Source of the DNA: a virus
Lineage: Duplodnaviria > Caudoviricetes
Virus record (IMG/VR): IMGVR_UViG_3300043436_001486
Span: 1-62,453 of that record
Direction: 5' to 3' (one strand)
Length of the DNA stretch: 62,453 nt
Shown here one piece after another: positions 31,589 through 42,097 of this stretch. The first letter of the stretch is position 1; every line of letters starts with the position of its first letter. A program made the translations under genes and the position numbers. Below the pieces are notes generated by a model. It had not been told where the DNA came from, did not search any database, and saw nothing but the letters and a program-made list of their open reading frames with translations.

Positions 31589-31658
31589 AGCTGAGTAGCT
31601 CAATGGTAGAGCACCCTATGGTTGAAAGGGAGATTACGGTTCAATTCCGTACCAGCTA
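31589..31658 (+). tRNA. Degenerate tRNA-like gene (anticodon unclear, possibly GTT)
   Basis: D-arm tagctcaatggtagagc, T-arm tacgg-ttcaatt-ccgta; bulged acceptor stem, non-canonical anticodon loop. Confidence 0.6.
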
Positions 31659-31968
31659 CAAGATACATTTGGCTGATTATAAATTTTTATATTTAGCCAA
31701 AAGTCAACCTGACATAAATAATATAATATGCTAAAAAGAGCTTATAATCAAGGTTACGAAGATGCTAAACTTGGACATGTAAACGATGCTGATGAGTATG
31801 TGGCACAGGCAGAGTACATGCTTGAGGACTATATTGAGAATACCGCCATAGCGGAGTGCGATAAAATGTGGGGGTTTGGAAGCGGTATGGAAGACGCTTT
31901 TATAATGGGAGCTAAGTGGGCATTAAAGAACGCATAAATGGAATATTTGTGCCGTTTTATAACACATC

Positions 31969-32038
31969 AGCGCTGTAACTTAAAGGCAAAGGCTGGGTTC
32001 ATAGCTCGGTTACTCCCGTTCGATTCGGGACGGCGCTA
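31969..32038 (+). tRNA. tRNA with CAT anticodon (Met or Ile2), atypical
   Basis: Acceptor agcgctg/cggcgct, loop tt-CAT-ag, T-arm tcccg-ttcgatt-cggga. Confidence 0.7.
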
Positions 32039-32076
32039 CAATAAACAAATGTGTTTATTTTTTTAGGTATAAGTAA

Positions 32077-32439
32077 ATGCATGAGTTTAATATGACAACA
32101 ATATACGGACAGGTACCCAGTAAAAGCAACGGGTATAGGATTATCAGCATCAGGGGGCACGGTTCGCTGGCCAAAACCAAGGAGCTGAAGGAGTATGAAA
32201 GCAACTTTGCCCTACAATATAAAAGACATAATAAAATTTTAGGTAACTTTGAAGTGGAGGTAGATGTTTACTTTCGGAGCAACAGGAGTGATTTGGATGG
32301 CATGTTCAAGGTTTTCCTAGACTGCCTGCAAAAAGTGGAAGCAATAGACAACGACAGGTATTGCATGAAGATTGTAGCCAGAAAGTTCGTGGACAAGGAG
32401 AATCCTAGGCTTGAATTTAAAATAACAAAGATTGAGTAA
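32077..32439 (+). CDS. rusA: RusA-like Holliday junction resolvase
   Basis: PSKSN, D.DG..K..LD.L....DND motif. Confidence 0.8.
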   Translation: MHEFNMTTIYGQVPSKSNGYRIISIRGHGSLAKTKELKEYESNFALQYKRHNKILGNFEVEVDVYFRSNRSDLDGMFKVFLDCLQKVEAIDNDRYCMKIVARKFVDKENPRLEFKITKIE

Positions 32440-34140
32440 TGGCTAGAATTAAAATTAAAAAACCATCCACGATTACTAAAAAAAATATTCCAACTAATCT
32501 TTTAAAAAAAGACAAAGGAGGGAGAACGTTTATTGAAACGGCAAGCCAATTTGTTCCGGGATATGAAACATATTTAGACGTAAAGGATATTGTTGTTGGA
32601 GCTGCTAAGGGGGACAAGAAAAGGATGAATCAAGGAGTTGTTGGACTTGGACAACCATTTGCTGGGAAGGCAATGTCTGGAGCGTTGGATTACGCAACAG
32701 AAAAGACATTGGGGAAGTCAGCCGCCGACAAAAATCAAGAAAAAAGGGAGGGGATTCTTGATATGACAACAAACGAAAGAATTGCGCTTTACAAAAAATA
32801 TGGTAGAGGTGGGTACGATAAAGCAAAGAGCGAGCAGAATACTAAACCTATTGCTAAAAAATAAAGAATGGCAAAGGCAAAAGCAACTGGTTCGGTAATA
32901 AAACGTACTTTCGGGAAGCGGAAGAAGGGTAAAGCTAAGAAGTCAAAAAATAAACACGACAGAAAATGAAAAAAATTAAACTAAAGAAGAGTAAAACAGA
33001 AAAGTTTCCAGACATGAGTGGAGATGGAAAGGTTACTAAAAAAGACGTATTAATAGCTAAAGGAGTTTTACCTAAAAAAAAGAAATAACATGCCACAAGA
33101 AAAAAGAAAATTAACAGAAGCTGAAGTTGGAATGGCGAAGTCTTTGACTAAGCTGAAAACTCCTATGACTAAGAAAGAAGAACTGCAAGCTGTAATACAG
33201 AGGGCAAAACTCTTGAGAGAGAATAAGGAGCTGAATAAAGGAATGAAGCCTAAATATACGGGCAAGGACATGACTCCAGTAATGATGGTAAAGCAATACG
33301 AGAAGTCAGCTGCCCAGAAAAAACTGGACAAGCCAACTGAAGCAAAAAGAATTGTAGGAGTATTCTCAATGAAGAAAAAATGAGCGTAGCCGTTAAGACT
33401 AAGCCTGCATTGTGGGAGTCAGCTAAACAGGAAGCTAAGAGCAGGATGGGTGGCAAGCATTCCGCTAGGGCAATGCAGTTAGCGGTTTCAATATATAAGA
33501 AGAAGGGCGGAGGCTACAAAGGAGAGAAGAGTGAGTCTAATAAACTGTCAAAGTGGAGTAAGCAAGACTGGAAAACATCTTCCGGAAAACCTTCGGAGGG
33601 CAAAAGAAGGTACTTGCCAAGTAAGGCATGGTCGGCACTATCAGCGGCTCAAAAAGCTGCTACCAATAGAGCAAAGGCTAAAGGAGGCAAAGAGGGGAAG
33701 CAGTTTGTTGCACAGCCTAAGTCGGTAGCTGACATAACTAAAAAGTATAGGTAATGTGTCCAATACACATCATAGAATTAGATGCAGAAGGATTTTGTAG
33801 TATTTGTTTACAAGAAAGCAATAAATAATGGCAAAGATTAGGCTAAATAAAAAGCTGGAGAAAATGTATGAACATCATGAAGAAATGATGGACTGCATTG
33901 AAGACGCTGAAGAAGAAGTCGGGCTTAAGAAGTTTGAGGAAGAGACAGAAAAGAAAGAGGAAGAACTTAAAAAAGCTGCATTTGCTATTGCTGTAGCTAA
34001 AATGAAAATGTATGGCAAAAATAAAAATGAAAAAGCCTATTGAGTACAACACAATTGTACCAAGGCCTAAAGACAGGACGCAAAAGGGAGAACTAATTGT
34101 TGGAAAACAATTTGTAGTTAAACCTGTTGCTAAATTAAAG
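32439..34140 (+). other. Cluster of small Lys-rich late proteins (32439-32864, 32868-32969, 32966-33088, 33090-33383, 33828-34043)
   Basis: Very basic short ORFs; 32966-33088 has EF-hand-like DMSGDGKVTKKD. Confidence 0.55.
33380..33754 (+). CDS. Basic conserved phage protein (DUF5872-like)
   Basis: SARAMQLA...YKK.GGGY, WSKQDW.T..GKPS, RYLP..AW..LS. Confidence 0.65.
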   Translation: MSVAVKTKPALWESAKQEAKSRMGGKHSARAMQLAVSIYKKKGGGYKGEKSESNKLSKWSKQDWKTSSGKPSEGKRRYLPSKAWSALSAAQKAATNRAKAKGGKEGKQFVAQPKSVADITKKYR

Positions 34141-34409
34141 TGAGCGCACTAAACACACAAACCGGAGGAGAGCATTATAAAAAATATGCAATCCAGCCTA
34201 TAGAGTTCATCAGCGCAAACAACCTTGATTACTTTCAAGGTAATGTGCTGAAGTACTTATGTAGGCATAAGGACAAGAATGGAGCAGAAGACATAAAGAA
34301 AGCTATTCACTACCTTGAACTTATTTTAGAATTACAATACACAAACCATGAGAGCAAAACGCAAACATCTAATTGTCAAAGCGAACCCGGAACAGAAGGA
34401 GTCGCATGA
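34140..34409 (+). CDS. DUF3310 (SaV-like) protein
   Basis: GGEHY...IQPIEFI..GNVLKY..R...KNG.ED..KA..YL. Confidence 0.85.
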   Translation: MSALNTQTGGEHYKKYAIQPIEFISANNLDYFQGNVLKYLCRHKDKNGAEDIKKAIHYLELILELQYTNHESKTQTSNCQSEPGTEGVA

Positions 34410-34926
34410 AATCCAAATGCCAGACGGCAGTACAATCAGCATTTATTTAGGTAGGAAGTTCGGAGAAAACAACAGAGAAGTTTACCCTAACGTGTGTGAA
34501 ATCATCAGTGTTGGGGATGAGGTAAGTGGAGTTTCCGTAGGAGACAAAATAATCCTGCACCACAATATTGTTACAAACGAGGCTACCCACATCAAGAAAG
34601 AGGACGGGTATGTTTACATGGGCATACCAGCAGACGGACTGGTTTACGCCAAAATTCAAGAAGACGGAACGCTGATTCCTCTATTCAGAAATCTTATAGG
34701 AGAAAGAATCGTAAAGGAAAAAGTTTCTCAGTTTGAATACGAAGACAAGACTGAGCAATTCAAGTTCAAGGTTCTTGCAGTACCAGAAGACTACACAGAC
34801 GTAGCAGCAGGAGACACAATACTAGCGTATAAGTACTCCGACTATGAAATGGTTTACCATCACAAGAACAGGGAATGTAGGGCTATCAGAATAGCTGCTG
34901 ATGACATCCTTGGAATATTCAACTAA
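34348..34926 (+). CDS. GroES-like co-chaperonin (tandem domains)
   Basis: IISVG..V.GV.VGD.I..HHN; position in head module. Confidence 0.6.
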   Translation: MRAKRKHLIVKANPEQKESHEIQMPDGSTISIYLGRKFGENNREVYPNVCEIISVGDEVSGVSVGDKIILHHNIVTNEATHIKKEDGYVYMGIPADGLVYAKIQEDGTLIPLFRNLIGERIVKEKVSQFEYEDKTEQFKFKVLAVPEDYTDVAAGDTILAYKYSDYEMVYHHKNRECRAIRIAADDILGIFN

Positions 34927-34927
34927 C

Positions 34928-35242
34928 ATGGAAGACAGAATAAAACAGCTTGAGCAGGAGATTCTTCTGTACAAGCAGGATGGTATGCATGCGCTATACT
35001 TTTCCCTAAATCGTAAAATGAACGAGTTGGCATCCTCCATGAATGGGTTTACTCTTGACTTCAAAAGTGACGACAAGTCTTTTGACAGGTTCCAGAAAGT
35101 CACTGGTTCTGTAAAAGACATGGTAGAATCAGCTGCTTGGTTAAGGAATAATTACATGAAAATGTCGGAAGAAGAGGCAAGAGAGGCTGAAAAGAAAGGA
35201 ATACCACTTATTGAATTACTCGCTAAAGGCAATAAGAAATGA
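34928..35242 (+). CDS. Helical protein, candidate terminase small subunit
   Basis: Position between GroES-like gene and portal; inference only. Confidence 0.35.
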   Translation: MEDRIKQLEQEILLYKQDGMHALYFSLNRKMNELASSMNGFTLDFKSDDKSFDRFQKVTGSVKDMVESAAWLRNNYMKMSEEEAREAEKKGIPLIELLAKGNKK

Positions 35243-36000
35243 GTATAGGAAGAAAAATAAGCCACAAGGGGTTAGACTTAAAGTTTACCATAGACACCAG
35301 CGCTCTTGTTGACAAAATAAAAGACCAGTATAAACCTGTAGTTGACAATCTCAAGAAGCTTCTGGCCAAAAGAGACGAGTACATTTCCCGTATTCATAGA
35401 ATGACAAAAGACCCAGACACTACCATATTTATGTTTACGAATGGTTTAAGGGTAGCAAGAAAAGCAAGGAAAGCGTTTGGGTACAGCGAAAAACAATACA
35501 TGGCACTTTCTTTTATGTCAAGTACCAATATGTGCAGGGAGGAGTACTTGTCAAGGTTTTTGAATAAAATAGGCTACTCCAAAATAACCAAAATGGAGCT
35601 GGAGCATTTAGTTCTGGATGGGAGAATAGTTAAGCTGCAAAGACAATACTACGCCATTACGGACAAAGGCAAGAGTGTAGTCAACTCAATATACGCAGCA
35701 TACAGACAAGACTTGGATTTCTACATAAAGAATAAAAAAGTTCCAAGGAAGACATCCATAAGAAACAATCCAGTCAAATATACAGAGGCTGAAAGAGAAA
35801 GGCGGTCTCAGGCATACAAGCTGATGATGCGTCCATTCTGGGACGGAGGCTACAAGGTTATGCCAAAAGACAGGGACATGAGAGTTAAGTACCTGCTTGG
35901 ATGGATTGAAAAAAAGAAGACTGCTGGATTCTTTGTAGACGACGTATACATGAGACTAGTTGAGAAATGGAGCGGCAATCCCACTCCAGTAAAGCTATAG
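35239..36000 (+). CDS. Winged-helix (MarR-like) DNA-binding protein
   Basis: L..L...G.I......Y.IT.KGK motif. Confidence 0.5.
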   Translation: MSIGRKISHKGLDLKFTIDTSALVDKIKDQYKPVVDNLKKLLAKRDEYISRIHRMTKDPDTTIFMFTNGLRVARKARKAFGYSEKQYMALSFMSSTNMCREEYLSRFLNKIGYSKITKMELEHLVLDGRIVKLQRQYYAITDKGKSVVNSIYAAYRQDLDFYIKNKKVPRKTSIRNNPVKYTEAERERRSQAYKLMMRPFWDGGYKVMPKDRDMRVKYLLGWIEKKKTAGFFVDDVYMRLVEKWSGNPTPVKL

Positions 36001-36041
36001 TCGGCTAAATAAACTATATTTGTCGTAATAAACGGAATAAT

Positions 36042-38396
36042 ATGCAGTTCTCAAGTATGGATGAACTCCTTAGTATGTCTATGGACGCTCCTTCAAAGAA
36101 AAGAAGGATGGAGTACGGATTAAAGGTAGCGCAAGGTATATTTAATTCAGCTGACAGGAATACCGATGGGTATTATGGGAAGCGCTATAGGCAATGGAGA
36201 GCAAACAGAGACTTCAGCTATGGTACAAATAGCATGAAGGAGTTCATGGACTTGATGCGTATTGAGGGGAATCAGTCATATATTAATCTTGACTGGACAC
36301 CAATTAAGATTGCCCCTAAGTTCGTAGAAATACTTCTTGGTGGATTTATGAATAGGAAAGAGGTTCCTTCCGTTACAGCTGTTGACGACATGAGCACCAG
36401 CGCTAAGGAAGAGGAGAAGCAAGAGGCTAAGTTCCGCATGGAAAATAAGGAAAAAATCATGCAGATTGAGGCGGAGATGGGCGAAAAGATTGAAACACAG
36501 AAGTATATTCCAGAAGACGAAGACGATTTGGCCCTGTATTTTGATTTAGAGTACAGGCTTCCAGAAGAAATATTGTTTGAGCAGCGTATTAAGAAAGTAT
36601 TTGACAATAACGACTATCCCGTAATGAAGCGCAAGATTCTAAGGGATTTGATTGACACCAACTTTGCTTGGACTAAACTTAGTTACGACCCGAATGACAA
36701 CATAAAAATCAGCATACCGAAGCCAGACAACATGATTTATAACGTGTTTGAGTCTGACAGCGGCAGGGACATTTCATACGTTGGGGAAGTTTACCCAATG
36801 AAAATCTCCGTACTTAGGCGTAAGTACAATGTAGACGAAGAGACTTTGTTCAAGCTTGCACAAAAAGCATCTAGGGAGCTGAAGAGAAGCGAGAATCTGT
36901 ATTGGAAGGACTCATACAAGTATACAGAGATTCGCCCTTATGACGACTATTCCGTACTAATTTTTGACTTTGAAGTTAAAAGCGTAGACGTAGAGTATTC
37001 GGTAAAGACTGAAAACAAGTTTGGGAATATGCTGGTTGTCCCAAAACAAGGAAAGCCAGTAGCGCCTAAAGGACAAGAGATTGTTGGAGAGGTTATTGAG
37101 ACAAAGCGGATGAACATATACCAAGGAATTTGGGTATGCGACACCGACATCATGCTGAAGTGGGAAATTAGTCCTAATCAAATTAGGCCTTACCAAAACG
37201 GAGTTGACGTATTTTTCTCTTATTCAGTCATCAGCCCTAACGCAACAGGTTCTCTAATCCCATCAATGATTGAAAGGGCGCTTGGCCCAATAAGGCAAAT
37301 GGTTCTTATTCGCCTTAAGATGCAGCAGCTGATTGCTACAATGAGGCCAGACGGCTACATGATTGACATTTCTGGATTAAGAGATGTTGACTTGGGCTTA
37401 GGAGATTCTGTAGAGCCGCTGAAGCTGATGAAGATTTGGGACCAAACTGGTAGAGTGTATTATGATTCTACTGGAGATGACGGAGAAAGAAAGTCTCCTC
37501 CCATTACTCCGCTTCCGTCTAACCAGAACGTTTCAATGCTGAATACTTTGGTTGCGCAGTATAACTTTGAACTGGAAAGACTTAGGGAAGAGATGGGCAT
37601 TTCTGAATACAGAGACGGTTCATCAATACCAGCAAAGACTGGACTCGGTGTAATGCAGCAGCAGGTTCAATCATCTAACAACGCAACAGAATACATTTAT
37701 CAATCTTGCGTACATCTTCTTGAAGAGACTGGAATGAAGATTTCTATGATGCTTTGGGATTCAATAGTCCTAAAGGCTAAGAAGTTTAAGGAGTTTGAGG
37801 GTTATGAGATGAGCCTTTTGGACATGACTTTTGACGTAAGAGTTAACATGATTAATGACGACCAGAGCCGTGCTGAATTAACGCAGTTAATGAATACTGC
37901 ACTTGCTGCTGGCATGATTACCTATGAGCAAGCCTTTAAAATTAAGCATATTGAAGATGTAAAGCTTGCCGAGTTGTACTTAGCAAGAAGCATGAAGAAG
38001 GCCAAGAAAGAAGCGCAAGAGACTGCCCAACAGAACGCACAGATGAACGCACAGATTCAGCAAGAATCAGCTGCCGCTAAAGCGCAGGGAGATGCACAAC
38101 TGGAGCAAATGATGGCAGAAAGCAAGATTGCGGTTAATAGAAGTAAGAATGACGGAGACAAAGAAATAGAATTAATTAAGTTTGCTACCACAATGTACGC
38201 TTCAGCAGTAGGCAAAGGAATTGAACTTCCTGCCGAAATCAAACAGTTTGCTGACACCATTTTGGGCAACGCAATTCAGCCACAAATGCAAGAACAAGCA
38301 GCACAACAAGCTGCAATGGAACAGCAAATGATGGCAGAAGAGCAACCAATGGAAGTTACAGAGGAGCAAATTACGGAAGAAATGCCTCCCCAATAA
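36042..38396 (+). CDS. Portal protein
   Basis: SYINLDWTPI.I.PKFV.I, QTG..Y, E.MGI...RDGS, Q-rich C-terminal barrel; TATATTTG at 36015. Confidence 0.85.
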   Translation: MQFSSMDELLSMSMDAPSKKRRMEYGLKVAQGIFNSADRNTDGYYGKRYRQWRANRDFSYGTNSMKEFMDLMRIEGNQSYINLDWTPIKIAPKFVEILLGGFMNRKEVPSVTAVDDMSTSAKEEEKQEAKFRMENKEKIMQIEAEMGEKIETQKYIPEDEDDLALYFDLEYRLPEEILFEQRIKKVFDNNDYPVMKRKILRDLIDTNFAWTKLSYDPNDNIKISIPKPDNMIYNVFESDSGRDISYVGEVYPMKISVLRRKYNVDEETLFKLAQKASRELKRSENLYWKDSYKYTEIRPYDDYSVLIFDFEVKSVDVEYSVKTENKFGNMLVVPKQGKPVAPKGQEIVGEVIETKRMNIYQGIWVCDTDIMLKWEISPNQIRPYQNGVDVFFSYSVISPNATGSLIPSMIERALGPIRQMVLIRLKMQQLIATMRPDGYMIDISGLRDVDLGLGDSVEPLKLMKIWDQTGRVYYDSTGDDGERKSPPITPLPSNQNVSMLNTLVAQYNFELERLREEMGISEYRDGSSIPAKTGLGVMQQQVQSSNNATEYIYQSCVHLLEETGMKISMMLWDSIVLKAKKFKEFEGYEMSLLDMTFDVRVNMINDDQSRAELTQLMNTALAAGMITYEQAFKIKHIEDVKLAELYLARSMKKAKKEAQETAQQNAQMNAQIQQESAAAKAQGDAQLEQMMAESKIAVNRSKNDGDKEIELIKFATTMYASAVGKGIELPAEIKQFADTILGNAIQPQMQEQAAQQAAMEQQMMAEEQPMEVTEEQITEEMPPQ

Positions 38397-38453
38397 ATAG
38401 TTTGTGTGTGTTTCATGGTTACGGGCGAGGTTTATACCTTGCCCTCTTTTTTT
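38397..38453 (+). ncRNA. Antisense-plus-hairpin element 1 / terminator
   Basis: gggcgagg-tttata-ccttgccc plus T-tract, preceded by tttgtgtgtgtttcatggtt. Confidence 0.55.
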
Positions 38454-38524
38454 GTTAGTAAAAAAATTATTATATATTTGCTTAGTAGTTTAAGGACAAG
38501 TAAATCCTAAAAACAATAATAAAT

Positions 38525-39745
38525 ATGGAAATAGTAGACATTGTGCAAGAATACGCACAAACACAAGAACCAACGCCACAAACTCAAGAAACACAAACAG
38601 AAAGCTCTTTAACAAATGAAACGACAACTACGGAGGTTTCTTCTGCTCCTGCTCCTGAAAGTGTTACCAACGAATCGGCTTACGAATCGCTGCTATCGGG
38701 TAAAACTAACATAAGCGAAGAGCAAACACTAGAGCCAACTACAGAACAATCAGCTGATGTTATTCAAATGAACGCAGCTGATGTTCAAAGTGAAGACGCT
38801 AGTGGAATGGAAGATGTTATTGATGAGGACGACTTCATCAAAAGCAAAACCGAAGGAAAGTTTTCTTCATGGGAGGAAGTGTACGAAGCTTTAGAGCAGC
38901 AGGCACAACCCAAGTTTGAAAATGAATTGTCAGAAGCCGTCTACAATATGCTTCTTGAGGGCAAGACAGAGGAAATTTTTGAAATTCTAGGCACAAAACA
39001 ATTTGCTGATGATGTTCAAAACCTTCCAGACGAAGATGTCCTTAAAGCATATATCAAGGTTAACAACCCAGATTTTGACGACAATGACGTAGAAGACGAA
39101 TTTAACGAATCTTATTCTATTGATGAGTACCAGTTTGACGAATCAAAGCTTAAGAGGGAACAAAAAAAGCTGTCCCAGCGCATTAAAAACGATGTGCAAG
39201 ACGCAAAGCAGTTCTTTGAGAATCTAGCTCAGGACATAAAACTTCCTGAATTGTCTAGGCGACAAGTGGAACAAGCGCCACAAGAAGATGCAGAAATGGA
39301 CGCAATGATTCAAGAACAAAGGTCATTGTATCTTAACTCACTTAATGGCGTAGAATCCAGAATTGGCACGTTGCCTTTCCAATGGAGAGACGACAAAGCT
39401 AATATGTCTGTCAATGGTAAGTTTGACATCCCTGCGCAGGAGTTGTCAAAATACAGGCAGGCAGCAGAGAACCTTGAAGACTATCAAGTAAACAGGTACT
39501 ACAAAGACGGTCAGTACCAGTCAGACAAGATGGTTAAGGAACTTTACATAGCCGACAATTTTGACAAAATCCTAAATTCAGCTATTTCACAAGCGGTTAA
39601 TCAAACCCGTTTAGAGATGCTGAAGCAGAGCAAAAACATTCAATCAGAACAGTTTACGTCTGGTACATTTAAACCAAATGCAGCGGATGACGAGAGAGCA
39701 ATGCTTGACCAGTTATTCATGGGACATTTAAGACGACAGAGTTAA
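38525..39745 (+). CDS. Capsid scaffolding protein
   Basis: Very acidic, between portal and MCP. Confidence 0.7.
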   Translation: MEIVDIVQEYAQTQEPTPQTQETQTESSLTNETTTTEVSSAPAPESVTNESAYESLLSGKTNISEEQTLEPTTEQSADVIQMNAADVQSEDASGMEDVIDEDDFIKSKTEGKFSSWEEVYEALEQQAQPKFENELSEAVYNMLLEGKTEEIFEILGTKQFADDVQNLPDEDVLKAYIKVNNPDFDDNDVEDEFNESYSIDEYQFDESKLKREQKKLSQRIKNDVQDAKQFFENLAQDIKLPELSRRQVEQAPQEDAEMDAMIQEQRSLYLNSLNGVESRIGTLPFQWRDDKANMSVNGKFDIPAQELSKYRQAAENLEDYQVNRYYKDGQYQSDKMVKELYIADNFDKILNSAISQAVNQTRLEMLKQSKNIQSEQFTSGTFKPNAADDERAMLDQLFMGHLRRQS

Positions 39746-39766
39746 TAACTTTTAAAAACAAATAAA

Positions 39767-41179
39767 ATGCCTAATTCATTCCCAGCATATAGCCAAGGCG
39801 CTATATCAAGTTCGGCAACAAACAGAGCTTTGTTGAACGACTTAAATATTTTTGACCGTTCTTTCGAGAAGAATCTCGTTAGAAAATACGGCGCAGAGAA
39901 CTACGCTATCGTACAGATGGCCCTCGGTAATTCAGTTACTGAAGCCAAAAGCGACAACCGTTTGTTCTACCATTATGAGAAGCGTGGATTGCACCAAGCA
40001 GTTTCAGTAAAGGCAGCAGTTGTTGCACCAGCAGCAGGCGCTAACGTTACTGTAACCATTGGTAGCTCTTCTGCAACCACTTTTGCAAATGACCCTTCTT
40101 ACTACAGCTCATCACTTCCTCTTCGCCCCGGTGAAGTTGTTCGTATCATGACTTCTGGTATTGAAGGTCAAGTTGTTTCAGTTTCTACTGGAGCTTATCC
40201 TTTGACTGCTGTAATTCGTCCTCTTGTTGCAGCTCAAGCTTTTGTTTCAGCTGGTTCCGCCAACCTCCTTGCATCTGATTTCTTGATGCTTCGTGGTGCT
40301 GTTAACATCGGTGAAGGCTCTACAGTTCTTAATGGCATGTCTCCAATCTTGGATAAGATTGAGAACACCACTACAGAGCACAGGGACGACTTTACCATCA
40401 CTGACAGGGCTTCAATCGAGAAGAACGAAGTTGATTTCGGTAACGGAAACTTCTACTACTACTACCTCGCCCAAGACGACATGAACAGGCGTTACATGAA
40501 CAACGCTTTCTTCAAAATCATGGAAGGTGTTGCCGTAGATAACATTACCGGTACTGTTGGTACAACTGGTGTTATTCCTCGTGTAGCTGCTGGTGGTAGC
40601 ACTATTCAGTACACTTCTGGCCAGTTTGGTGGTTCTACTGGAACTGACATGTCTAATATGCAGACAATCACTCGTTCTTTGAACTTCTACGGCGGTTCTG
40701 GAGAGTATCATTTCTTGCAAGACATCTATCAGCGCCAAGAGGTTAACAACCTTCTGTTTGGTAAGTACGCTAACGGCGCCATCTCTTATGGTTCTGTAGG
40801 CGGAAGCCAAGAAGCTGCTGCGTCTTATGGATTTAGCTCCTTTATGATTGATGGTTACACTTTCCACTTCTTCTTGAACAACATGTTCAGCCCAGAAGCT
40901 GTGTACCATATCAATCCGGGTTCTTTGACTCCTGAGAAGCGCAACTATGGTGTATTGATTCCTCAAAAAATCAACAGCGATGCTAAGACTGGTAAGCAGT
41001 TCCCAAGCTTCCAAATTGTATTCCAAGAGGTTAACGGACAAAGGATTTTGACTACCGAAACTGGTATGCTTGCTCCACAGAACAAGACTACTACGGCTAA
41101 TAAAACCTTGAGCATGTTGTCCTATCCTGGAGTTCGCGTGTTCGCGGCAAACCAGTACGCCATAGTCGAAGGCGTGTAG
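39767..41179 (+). CDS. Major capsid protein
   Basis: Position, size and highly biased codon usage; GT.G.IP and YGF.SF...GY.F motifs. Confidence 0.85.
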   Translation: MPNSFPAYSQGAISSSATNRALLNDLNIFDRSFEKNLVRKYGAENYAIVQMALGNSVTEAKSDNRLFYHYEKRGLHQAVSVKAAVVAPAAGANVTVTIGSSSATTFANDPSYYSSSLPLRPGEVVRIMTSGIEGQVVSVSTGAYPLTAVIRPLVAAQAFVSAGSANLLASDFLMLRGAVNIGEGSTVLNGMSPILDKIENTTTEHRDDFTITDRASIEKNEVDFGNGNFYYYYLAQDDMNRRYMNNAFFKIMEGVAVDNITGTVGTTGVIPRVAAGGSTIQYTSGQFGGSTGTDMSNMQTITRSLNFYGGSGEYHFLQDIYQRQEVNNLLFGKYANGAISYGSVGGSQEAAASYGFSSFMIDGYTFHFFLNNMFSPEAVYHINPGSLTPEKRNYGVLIPQKINSDAKTGKQFPSFQIVFQEVNGQRILTTETGMLAPQNKTTTANKTLSMLSYPGVRVFAANQYAIVEGV

Positions 41180-41215
41180 AACTACTTGATAATCAATTAG
41201 TTATACTACATAAAG

Positions 41216-41247
41216 AAATCCCTGCCATTAATTTGGCGGGGATTCTT
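41216..41247. terminator. Hairpin between convergent MCP and GIY-YIG genes
   Basis: aatccctgcca-ttaatt-tggcggggatt. Confidence 0.6.
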
Positions 41248-42097
41248 ATTTATAGCTTATCATATATCTTCCGTAAGCAATACGATTTTTCTTTATCGAA
41301 TTAACTATATGAGGAGCCTTACCCTTTATTTTGTTGCATAATTCTGTTATAGAATTTGAACTAAATTCTTCTCCAGATATTATGTCTTTTATAATAAGTG
41401 GCTTTATGCACTCATTATTGTACCTCCTGCGAATCTCATCGTAAATTCCTTCTATTACATTTTCTTTGTAAATAAATACATATCCTTTTACTGTCTTGCT
41501 TTTGTTATGAAGAGAGTTCTTAATCAGCATTTTCGGTATTCCCATTTGCATTTCTATTTCCATTGCTGATGGGTATTCGGCAATAAATCCGTTTTTGTCA
41601 TATACCATTACTGGTTTAGTTTGTTCAGCATAGTGCTCTCTTAATTTTACCTTTGCGGAATCTTTCATTTTTTTACCTTTCTTAATGTCTGAAAAGTATT
41701 TCAAATGCTCTTCGTCCCATTTTAATCCAGTTCTTCCTTTCATCTTGTCCTTGGCTTCCTGCGTATGCTTGTAGCCTATAGGACTTCCTGCTTTTCTGGC
41801 TATGTTAAATCCATTGTCGTCAAATGGCTGAAAAATGTCAAGGTATAGTTGCTCTACCTTCAGCAAGTCTTCCTTCTCGCAGGCGTGTACAGCGCTGAAT
41901 GTTAGGTGTTCTATTCCGTACTTATTTGCAAAATTCTTCAGCTTAGGATTGCACCCTTCGTTATGAGTTATTTTCTTCTTGTGAACAGCGTACCTTTGCT
42001 TGAATGATGTTGCGCTTCCTATGTACACTCTTGCGTCAATGTCGTTTGTTATAACGTAGATTCCTGTTTTTGACTTAAGGTTGTTTATGTAGTTCAT
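41246..42097 (-). mobile_element. GIY-YIG homing endonuclease with NUMOD repeats
   Basis: GIYVI...VYIGSA...R...H, E..Y.D, GFNI, GYKHT.E.K.KM; own TATATTTG 4 nt before ATG 42097. Confidence 0.88.

Larger units (their letters stand above)
30989..31937 (+). other. Small hypothetical CDS (30989-31195, 31192-31461, 31728-31937)
   Basis: Coupled ORFs; second has CxxC..C..H. Confidence 0.5.

Noticed and set aside
40412-41041. Long antisense ORFs here and at 52612-56729
   Set aside because: Shadows of codon bias in highly expressed + strand genes.
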